Shown here: in pieces, positions 8,786 through 16,214 of the stretch | Layout of the letters: every line of letters starts with the position of its first letter | Numbering within the stretch: the stretch's first letter is position 1 | Source of the DNA: Promethearchaeota archaeon | Lineage (GTDB): Archaea; Asgardarchaeota; Lokiarchaeia; Sigyniarchaeales; SOKP01 | Direction: 5' to 3' | Assembly (NCBI GenBank): GCA_013375475.1 | Contig: JABXKD010000073.1 | Span: forward strand, 1 to 17,267 | DNA: 17,267 nucleotides | Notes under the pieces: model-generated | Database searches by the model: none | The model's input: the letters and a program-made list of their open reading frames with translations, nothing else | Told to the model about the DNA's origin: nothing | Position numbers and translations under genes: made by a program

Positions 8786-8965
8786 ATGATAATACCTAAA
8801 TTAAAATGTGATATTTGCGGAAATGAAACAGATGTGCCGGTTTGTTGCGAACAATCTATGATGGTGAAGGATAATTATTTGCTGTGCTGTTGTAAGTCAG
8901 AAGAGTGTGGTTATCAACCAATTCCAGAGTGTTGCGGTCAAAAAATGAATTATATAGGAACTTAA
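8786..8965 (+). CDS. Small Cys-rich metal-binding protein with two desulforedoxin-like repeats
   Basis: 10 Cys in about 59 aa: CDICG..PVCCEQSM and CCCKSEECG..PECCGQKM. The ORF is more GC-rich than its flanks and is followed by a T-tract. ATG 8786 or TTG 8783. Confidence 0.75.
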   Translation: MIIPKLKCDICGNETDVPVCCEQSMMVKDNYLLCCCKSEECGYQPIPECCGQKMNYIGT

Positions 8966-8974
8966 ACTGAAATT

Positions 8975-8994
8975 CCTCTCTCTTTTATTTTTTC
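8975..8994 (+). terminator. Pyrimidine/oligo-T tract, putative archaeal terminator
   Basis: CCTCTCTCTTTTATTTTTTC shortly after the stop at 8965. Confidence 0.4.
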
Positions 8995-9116
8995 AATGCT
9001 TCCTGCCTTTTTCAGAAAACAAATAATTGAAAAAAATCAATTCTTAAATTAATTCGCGAATTTAATATCAAGATAAATTAAATCTTAAAATAAACCTCGA
9101 TAAAAGAGAGATAATA

Positions 9117-10175
9117 ATGGATATATCTTCTCAAGTTTTATTTAAATGCGGTCAATTAAATTATCACACATTCCGAATTCCTTCACTCATATCACTTCCT
9201 GATGATATTTTGATTGCTATCGTTGAAGGAAGGAAGAAAGACCAAGAAGATCATGGAGATATTCAGTTAATTATGCGTAAGAGTAGTGACGGTGGACTAA
9301 ATTGGTCGCCTCCAGTTATTTTGCTTCATTATCAAACACAACTTATGTTAAAGAATCCCATTTCAAAGGAATTTGAAATCATTTCTAATTATGGAGATAT
9401 AACTTGTGGTAATCCTTGTACTGTATATGATAAAACAACTCAAAGACTTTGGTTATCTTATACTTTGGATAATTCATCAATGTGGTTAGTTTATAGTGAT
9501 GATTTTGGTGATTCCTGGAGCAAACCAAGAAGTATCTCAGAAGATGTTTTTGGAACTGATTATAAAAATTGGAGCCATATTGCATCGGGACCAGGACATG
9601 GAATTCAACTAAAGAACGGTCGGTTAATAATCCCTTGTGACCATCATATTTACGAAAGGAGTCGTGGCTATTTTTCGATGTTAGTTGTTAGTGATGATCA
9701 TGGAAAGACATGGGAAATGGGCGCAGTTTCTGATGCTCGTATGGATGAATGTGAAGTTTGTGAATTACAAAAAGGAAAACTATACTGGAATATGCGTAGT
9801 TACCGTAAGAAATACTGTCGAGTAGTTGCATACTCTAAAAATCATGGAAATGATTTTGAAGGTTTTACCGATGATTTTGGGTTAATTGAACCAATATGCC
9901 AAGCGTCAGTCTTGAGATACAACTACAAGGATTATGAAAATCAAGATGTAGTCCTGTTTTCTAATCCCGCGAGTAAAACTCGGGATCATATGACAATAAA
10001 AGTCAGCTATGATGGGACAAAAACATGGGAAAAATCTATCTTATTAAATGAAGGACCATCTGCATATTCAGATTTGGCTTATAATCAGAAAGGCGAAGTT
10101 TGCATATTATATGAACGAGGAAAAAATAATCCGTATGAATCTATTGTTTTTTCTACTTTAAAAATATTTGAGTAA
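9117..10175 (+). CDS. Exo-alpha-sialidase (GH33), no signal peptide
   Basis: FRIP motif; Asp-boxes SSDGGLNW, SDDFGDSW, SDDHGKTW, SKNHGNDF (degenerate) and SYDGTKTW; GPGHGIQL..GRLIIP; SAYS (catalytic Tyr) and LYE. Confidence 0.9.
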   Translation: MDISSQVLFKCGQLNYHTFRIPSLISLPDDILIAIVEGRKKDQEDHGDIQLIMRKSSDGGLNWSPPVILLHYQTQLMLKNPISKEFEIISNYGDITCGNPCTVYDKTTQRLWLSYTLDNSSMWLVYSDDFGDSWSKPRSISEDVFGTDYKNWSHIASGPGHGIQLKNGRLIIPCDHHIYERSRGYFSMLVVSDDHGKTWEMGAVSDARMDECEVCELQKGKLYWNMRSYRKKYCRVVAYSKNHGNDFEGFTDDFGLIEPICQASVLRYNYKDYENQDVVLFSNPASKTRDHMTIKVSYDGTKTWEKSILLNEGPSAYSDLAYNQKGEVCILYERGKNNPYESIVFSTLKIFE

Positions 10176-10226
10176 AAAAAAAATAGGAATTTTTCCATGA
10201 AAAACACGGAAAACTAGCTAATCAGG

Positions 10227-11807
10227 CTACCACACTAAATTATAAATAATTTCTTTATCTCTTTCGGCTTCTTTTTTGCCTAAGACTTTTCGAATTCGCA
10301 AATCGTTGATTGATTCTTCAAGTTTAGTGTCTAAGTTTTTAATTTCCATTAAATTGCCCGTTTCTCCTCCCTTTTCGACTAGGTTTATCATAGCATTGTC
10401 TTTATTCATCAAATCTCTTAATTTAGTTCTAAAGGAATCAGTTACTTTTGTTCTATGAATTCTGCTATTCTCAATTAAGATGGGTAAAACAGGAGCTCTT
10501 TCGGTTGTTCTACGAGTGTTAGGATCTATGAAATAGAATATGAACATAGGCACTCCAACCACAACATCCTTAGTTTTAATTTCAATAGAATAAGTTTTAA
10601 AGAAATTTTGTACGTCAGTCATCTCAACATCTTTAGTTCTTTCGATGTTATCTAAGCAAGATTGTTTTTCCTGTTTGATTCTTGCTACAATGTCTTCCGC
10701 AGATGAAAGATCACTGCTGAGTTCACTATGTTTTGTTTGAATTTTACTCTCAGTTTCAGACTTCTTCCTTTCGAGCTCTCGTATCTTCTGTTGTTTTGTT
10801 TTTTCTAAATCACTTAGCTCTCGTTGCACGTTCTTTCTTATTTGAGCTAATTCAGTTTGAAATCTACTAATTGTATTTCCTAAATCCGTGTATTTAATAT
10901 TTACATCATTAAAAGATCCTTCGGCTTCAAATAAATCGTTTTTATTTACTGCACTTTTTAATCTATCAACAGAATTCTTTATAGCACTGAGATTATTATA
11001 GAGATCACCTGTTTTATCGCTCATTTTATATTTTCCACTCTTAACTAATTCTTCAGGAGACTCCTCTATTTTTCGAGCTTTTTCTGCTTCTAACTCTCTT
11101 GTGATTTGAGCCAACTGTTTCTCTTCTTCGCTGGTATCGACTTTTCTGTTTCTCAAGTTGTCAGTTTGTTGTGAGCCTTTTTGAATGAATCTATCACATA
11201 GTTTAATGATCGTTTGTCCATAACTATCTAATATTCCTACATCTCTTTGGGAGATAAATTCAAAAACTTCTGGGACAATTTTCGCTTGATTGATACTTTT
11301 TGGGATAGGTCCCCCCTCTAAAAGAAAATATGGCTCGTTAAATGAACCTACATCATATTGATTTAAGAAAAAGTTCTTGAAATAATCAAACTCACTCGCA
11401 CTAAAAAGAGCTTCTTGTATAACTGTGCCTCTTTTATAATTCTTAGGTTTTTTTAGGTAAGTACTATTATAAGACCCCAAAGAACTTAAAAAAGATTCGG
11501 GGTCAGCACCTTGAATAACATTATCAGGGTTGGGAGGTTGTTGCGAGAATTTCCCTACATTTAATCTTTCTTGCTTATTTAGAAGATAACTACAAACACA
11601 AGCACGAGTTTCGCTTAAAGGAACTAAACGCACGGGCCAAAAACACATAGAAATTCTATTAACCTTGCCTAGTTTCTTGAGATTCTTCCCATAAATATTT
11701 ATGCACTCATTTAGTGCCATAGCCATCTCATCCAATAATGTAGCCTTTGAACGAGCCGGAATTACATCCCCTACATTAATTAGAAAGGGGATAATCTTGT
11801 CTACCAT
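10227..11807 (-). CDS. Hypothetical protein with a long central coiled coil (ATG 11807; in-frame GTG at 11819)
   Basis: Long uninterrupted ORF. Residues about 210-405 are E/K/Q/L-rich heptads, flanked by globular segments containing FWPVRLVP and VGVPMFIFYF. Confidence 0.85.
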   Translation of the reverse strand: MVDKIIPFLINVGDVIPARSKATLLDEMAMALNECINIYGKNLKKLGKVNRISMCFWPVRLVPLSETRACVCSYLLNKQERLNVGKFSQQPPNPDNVIQGADPESFLSSLGSYNSTYLKKPKNYKRGTVIQEALFSASEFDYFKNFFLNQYDVGSFNEPYFLLEGGPIPKSINQAKIVPEVFEFISQRDVGILDSYGQTIIKLCDRFIQKGSQQTDNLRNRKVDTSEEEKQLAQITRELEAEKARKIEESPEELVKSGKYKMSDKTGDLYNNLSAIKNSVDRLKSAVNKNDLFEAEGSFNDVNIKYTDLGNTISRFQTELAQIRKNVQRELSDLEKTKQQKIRELERKKSETESKIQTKHSELSSDLSSAEDIVARIKQEKQSCLDNIERTKDVEMTDVQNFFKTYSIEIKTKDVVVGVPMFIFYFIDPNTRRTTERAPVLPILIENSRIHRTKVTDSFRTKLRDLMNKDNAMINLVEKGGETGNLMEIKNLDTKLEESINDLRIRKVLGKKEAERDKEIIYNLVW

Positions 11808-11849
11808 TTTTTTAATCACTTGAGTTGTCTATATTAATTCTTAAAATGA

Positions 11850-11902
11850 GCTATATAAATAAATATTTGCTTCTTGTTTTGTTAGTATTAAATATATATA
11901 TG
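11850..11902. promoter_or_regulatory. Divergent promoter region with TATA-like boxes on both strands
   Basis: TATATAAA at 11852-11859 (TTTATATA on the minus strand) and TTAAATATATATAT at about 11888-11901, between the divergent starts 11807/11819 and 11953. Confidence 0.4.
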
Positions 11903-11952
11903 AATGGAAAATGTAATAGAAAATATCAAAACAAAAAAAATGATGAAATAAA

Positions 11953-12771
11953 ATGGTCGAGAAGTTTCTAGATGGAAAGGGTGCTCTTATTACTGGGGGC
12001 GCATCTGGTTTTGGGAGGGGTATCGCAATTGAATATGCAAAAAGAGGAGCAGATTTAATCTTAGTTGATATAAATGAAGAACTTTTAAATGAAGCTTGTA
12101 GGAAAATTAAACAAGAATATAAACAAAAAATTATGCCTATTGTATGTGATGTTTCAAATTCAGAACAGGTACAACAGATGGCAAAAACAGCTTTTAAAGA
12201 ATTAGATAATATTTATGTTCTAAATAATAACGCTGGGATTGGTGATATCTATGGACCTGATTTACTAAGGGTTAAAGAAGATATGTTCGATAGAATAATG
12301 GGTGTTAATCTACGAGGTCAATGGTTAGTCTCCAAATATGTATGTAAAAAAATGAAATCTCAAAAGTTTGAAAACGAGCCTTTATCTGGAAAGGTGATTC
12401 ATACTGCATCAGTTGCCGGAATGATAGTTGATCTCAAATTATCAGCATATACATTAAGTAAAGTGGGAGTAATTGCAATGGTAAAAATGCTTGCGCAAAG
12501 TTTAGCTCCAAAAATCACTGTTAATGCGATTTCACCAGGTTATCATGTAACGGGGATATATAATAATTCTGAAGACACTATGAAAGCCACAATGGAGGAT
12601 GGACATGTTAAAACACCTTTAAATAGAATAGGAACTATTCAAGATGTTGCCAATGTAAGTGTATTTTTAGCTTCTCCTTTATCAAACTTTATAACAGGAC
12701 ATAATATTCCCGCAGATGGTGGAATTGCAGAAGTAGGTGTTCCAGCAAATTATTTAAAGTCAGATATTTAA
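11953..12771 (+). CDS. Classical short-chain dehydrogenase/reductase (FabG-like, probably NAD-dependent)
   Basis: TGGASGFG, acidic residue in VDIN, NNAG, YTLSK (YxxxK), NAISPG and ITG..I.ADGG. Confidence 0.92.
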   Translation: MVEKFLDGKGALITGGASGFGRGIAIEYAKRGADLILVDINEELLNEACRKIKQEYKQKIMPIVCDVSNSEQVQQMAKTAFKELDNIYVLNNNAGIGDIYGPDLLRVKEDMFDRIMGVNLRGQWLVSKYVCKKMKSQKFENEPLSGKVIHTASVAGMIVDLKLSAYTLSKVGVIAMVKMLAQSLAPKITVNAISPGYHVTGIYNNSEDTMKATMEDGHVKTPLNRIGTIQDVANVSVFLASPLSNFITGHNIPADGGIAEVGVPANYLKSDI

Positions 12772-12778
12772 AATAAAA

Positions 12779-12801
12779 TTTTTTTTGTTGTTTTTGATTT
12801 T
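12779..12801 (+). terminator. Oligo-T terminator after the SDR
   Basis: TTTTTTTTGTTGTTTTTGATTTT begins 8 nt after the stop codon. Confidence 0.55.
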
Positions 12802-12835
12802 AAACTAGGTTAAAAATTTATATAAAAAATCGTGC

Positions 12836-13048
12836 GTATGCTCCCCCATTTATAGTCTCAGTATGAGGTTTGATTACTGAGTTTTCATGAAAGTTATCGT
12901 TCTTCATATCGATTCACTTGGGTTATTTGAAAATATGAAAATTACTCTTTAATCAAGATTAATAGAGACAAGCATACTCCTCATTTAAAATCAGTTTAGT
13001 TCTGGTACGAAATCTGATAGCTTATCAGAAAATTACAACATCTGATTT
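12836..13048. ncRNA. Candidate structured non-coding element (nested inverted repeats)
   Basis: Several complementary stems read by eye, with no ORF and a TTTATATAAA box just upstream. No known family recognised. Confidence 0.3.
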
Positions 13049-13079
13049 GAAAAAGTGAAGACAAAATTGTGATTTGAGA

Positions 13080-13379
13080 TTAAAATTTTCTTAAATTCTT
13101 AGTACTAGAAGAAATTAATACTTTAAGTAAGATTAGATAGAAGATTGTAAATAACACAGTAATTATGAAGGTCGCTGGTATGATATAATATGTTTTCATT
13201 CCGAGAGCGTGAGCAAAAGCGGCCATTGCCCCGCTACTGAAAGTTTCTTGATCTGTAATCCAAGAAAGATTCGTAAACCATAAAAATATTAAGATTAAAG
13301 ACGATATTAGCATTATGACTCGAGATCTAGCTTGAATTCTAAGCCGCTTTAAATCTTCTCTTATCTTTTCATCATTCAA
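13080..13379 (-). CDS. Small hypothetical membrane protein (2 TM)
   Basis: Two hydrophobic stretches (VIMLISSLILIFLWF; YYIIPATFIITVLFTIFYLILL). The TTG start abuts the upstream stop, with purine-rich GAAGGA upstream. Confidence 0.7.
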   Translation of the reverse strand: MNDEKIREDLKRLRIQARSRVIMLISSLILIFLWFTNLSWITDQETFSSGAMAAFAHALGMKTYYIIPATFIITVLFTIFYLILLKVLISSSTKNLRKF

Positions 13380-13649
13380 TTATTTTTTTCCTTCTTTAAT
13401 AATTTTGGCAATTTTCTTTTCTGTGGATCTTATTATAAAGTAAGACACTATGGCCCCCTCTCCACCAAAAACCGTACAACCTATAGACCACGCAGATATC
13501 TGTATATCTGGTATGATTTGAACTATGTCATAGCTTAACATGGCTGTACCATATAGTAAAATTGCAAGGAAGACGAATTGAAGATATTTTATAACGACAA
13601 CAAACTTTTGAAGTTTTTCACTCTCTACTGAATATGACAAAAGATTCAA
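13380..13649 (-). CDS. Small hypothetical membrane protein (2 TM)
   Basis: Two hydrophobic segments and a basic C-tail; TTG start; TATA-like TATATAAA on the minus strand at about 13682-13689. Confidence 0.7.
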   Translation of the reverse strand: MNLLSYSVESEKLQKFVVVIKYLQFVFLAILLYGTAMLSYDIVQIIPDIQISAWSIGCTVFGGEGAIVSYFIIRSTEKKIAKIIKEGKK

Positions 13650-13778
13650 CCTAATTTTTGCAGTTAATAATTCATTGTAGATTTATATATTTATCCTAAA
13701 TCTTTTAATTTTTTTTAAAAGTTTACTTTGATTCATATTATATTGCATAACATTTAATTGAAAAAGATTTAAAACAAG

Positions 13779-15548
13779 GTGAAAAACCTTTTGATTACTC
13801 ACGAGAGATTTCAGAACTTCAAAATAAACTTCTTTAAGACACTCTTTATTACGATCTCATTTTTATTAATTGGATTGATAATCAATTTTTTTCTTATGTT
13901 ACAAGTTCCAGAATATCATCCAATAATAATTTTTGATCCGGACTCACCCTTAGAAATAGAACGTGATCCTATTTTAATCCAATTCGTTAGATATCTAATC
14001 AGTTTTTTTACTGGAGATTGGGGAAATTCTAAAACAATAATGAGTAGTTCTACTGTTTTTGAATTGTTAAGATCGTCAGTTCCACGTATGATTGAAATTA
14101 TGATAATACCATTAGTAATTGGCTTTATACTAGGCAAATTTCTTAAGAAGGTTTCAGGTAGAACGGGTCAAGCTCGCCTGAAAAAGATGTTTAAAATTTT
14201 GGGTGGACTCGGGGTTGTGACTCCGATCTTTTGGTTCGGTTTTTATTTACAAAAACTTTTTATTGGAATCTTACCAGTAAACGAGTGGGATGGTTACACA
14301 CCACCCCTTGTTACAGGTTTTTTAATATTAGATTCTATTATTGCTGAAGAATGGGTACTCTCGTTTCAGATCTTTGTGTATTTTATATTACCAACTCTAT
14401 TCTTAACTCTTCTAGCGACTGCTCTTATTGGTAAACAGATGATCGCCAAATTAACAACCTCTTCTCAAAATGATTCCATCATTTCAAACTCTTTGCAAAC
14501 TAGTATGATATTTAGTTTATTTTTTACATATTATATTTTAATAGATGTAACATTTGCTTTACGTGGATTTAGCTATACAATTCTTAATGCATTGAAGTTT
14601 CCTGATTTTTACCTCATCCAAGGATGCATGTTTATAATTATTATAATCTTTGTAATTACCACTTTTATTTCAAATCTCTTTTTCATTCTAAAACGCCCTT
14701 CTCGCTTAAATCCTACTAATAATATTCAAGTCGATGAGGTAAAAAGAAATTTTACTGACAATTTGAAAGATGAGGAAACTCAATTAAAAAAATACTTTTT
14801 GGATAGAGCGAAATCACCTTTTAGCATAGCTGGAGCGAGTATAGTTGTATTCCTCATTATTATTGCAATCTTTCCTCAACTGATCACTCCTTACACATTA
14901 TCAGACATAACACCTCCGAGTTTTGGAGGTAATAGATATTTGCCTCCGTCTCCAGAACACCCTTTGGGGACAGCTTATTTTGGGTATGATTTGTTAGCAC
15001 TTATAATCTGGGGCATACGGGATTTACTAGCATCTGGAGGGTGGATTATCGCTATAGGTTTAATGGGAGGATTACCATTTGGAATTCTCGCGAGTAAATT
15101 TAATCATTCAAATAAACAAATTATATTTATTGTTATGAGTTCATTCAGTATTTTTCCAAGTATAGTAATTACGAATTTCATGTTAATGATATCTGGACTT
15201 AATCATTCAGTACAAGTTTTTATAATTGGTATATTATTAATACCAATGTTTACACGTAAAATTGCAAATACTAAGCCGAAATTAATTAATATCCTCAGAG
15301 AATTGATAATTTATATTCCATGTATTTTAATCTTTGCCATTTTGTTGTATACATCAGCGGGTTTTTTAGGGTTTACTGATTATAAAACACCTCAATTAGG
15401 TTACATAATTCATGATGTATATGATGGATGGAAATTTTTAGATCGATATTGGGCTGTCTTTTGGTCTGGTTTAGCAATCTTTACTTTAATTATTGGGCTA
15501 GTACTGATATACAAGGGATTAAATTCAAGAAAATGTGAAATCGTTTAA
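13779..15548 (+). CDS. Fused DppB-DppC (Opp/Dpp family) ABC permease-like protein, divergent
   Basis: DppB-like half: PILIQFVRYL..FFTGDWGNS, TPIFWFG, TGFLILDS, LPTLFL, DFYLIQG. DppC-like half from about 14780: AIFPQLITPY, PPSPEHPLGT..FGYD, GFLGF..TPQLG, WAVFWSGLAI. Confidence 0.85.
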   Translation: MKNLLITHERFQNFKINFFKTLFITISFLLIGLIINFFLMLQVPEYHPIIIFDPDSPLEIERDPILIQFVRYLISFFTGDWGNSKTIMSSSTVFELLRSSVPRMIEIMIIPLVIGFILGKFLKKVSGRTGQARLKKMFKILGGLGVVTPIFWFGFYLQKLFIGILPVNEWDGYTPPLVTGFLILDSIIAEEWVLSFQIFVYFILPTLFLTLLATALIGKQMIAKLTTSSQNDSIISNSLQTSMIFSLFFTYYILIDVTFALRGFSYTILNALKFPDFYLIQGCMFIIIIIFVITTFISNLFFILKRPSRLNPTNNIQVDEVKRNFTDNLKDEETQLKKYFLDRAKSPFSIAGASIVVFLIIIAIFPQLITPYTLSDITPPSFGGNRYLPPSPEHPLGTAYFGYDLLALIIWGIRDLLASGGWIIAIGLMGGLPFGILASKFNHSNKQIIFIVMSSFSIFPSIVITNFMLMISGLNHSVQVFIIGILLIPMFTRKIANTKPKLINILRELIIYIPCILIFAILLYTSAGFLGFTDYKTPQLGYIIHDVYDGWKFLDRYWAVFWSGLAIFTLIIGLVLIYKGLNSRKCEIV

Positions 15549-15785
15549 TAACTAAAGCAAAACTACTTATTTCTGTAATGTTAAATAAAAATTCAAAAAC
15601 AAATGAAACCATTAAAATCAAATATCCTGTATTATCTTCTTTATATTTATCCTTATCGTCATCCCTCCTAATAAATTATAAAGAAATTTAAAAATATTTA
15701 TGATTATTAGGGATATACACTATAATTTATATAAAAAAGATAATCGATAATTAATTATAACTATTGAAAAAAATTGATATAAAAA

Positions 15786-16190
15786 GTGATAAAAATGATT
15801 GAAATTGTATTAGCAGTACTTCAGATAATTCTAGCAGTTGGAATTGTAGGTTTTTGGATATTCTTTTTTAAGGTAGAAAACAAAGATCCAGAGAAAGAAG
15901 AGTGGTATCTAAAACACGAGAGATCTTTTCCCTTACCAGATTTAGGGCTTATTACTGTATGTCTGCTTATCGCGGCGGTAGGACTTCTATCCGGGGAACG
16001 ATTCGGAATCTTTTTTACTATTGTTGCTGGGGGAGGTTTAATGTTTTTAGGCCTAATCGATCTTGCGTTTAATCTCCAAAATGGACTCTTCAAAACAAAA
16101 AATTTGGACGCTTATATGAGTATAGGGATCGTTTCGATTGTATTGATTATGGGCGTACTAAGCTTGATTTACGGATATATAAATTTCTAA
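15786..16190 (+). CDS. Hypothetical 4-TM membrane protein (GTG 15786; an in-frame ATG lies 3 codons downstream)
   Basis: Four hydrophobic helices and a polar loop WYLKHERSFPLPD; 24 nt upstream of the next gene; TTTATATA at 15726-15733. Confidence 0.8.
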   Translation: MIKMIEIVLAVLQIILAVGIVGFWIFFFKVENKDPEKEEWYLKHERSFPLPDLGLITVCLLIAAVGLLSGERFGIFFTIVAGGGLMFLGLIDLAFNLQNGLFKTKNLDAYMSIGIVSIVLIMGVLSLIYGYINF

Positions 16191-16214
16191 AATCAAAAGG
16201 AAGGATGAAATCTA

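Noticed and set aside
8772-8786. Tiny upstream ORF ATG AAA CAG AGT TGA overlapping the start of the Cys-rich gene
   Set aside because: Four codons is expected by chance, and there is no evidence of a regulatory role.
12857-12940. SECIS element, C/D-box RNA, tRNA or CRISPR interpretation of the structured segment
   Set aside because: No neighbouring gene has a plausible in-frame Sec TGA, and there is no RTGATGA C-box, cloverleaf/T-loop or regularly spaced direct repeat.
15746-15759. AT-only palindrome ATAATTAATTAT
   Set aside because: Such palindromes are common by chance in a spacer this AT-rich.
9385-16093. ORFs 9385-9585, 10276-10458, 13916-14137 and 15821-16093
   Set aside because: They are antisense shadows of longer, better-supported genes.
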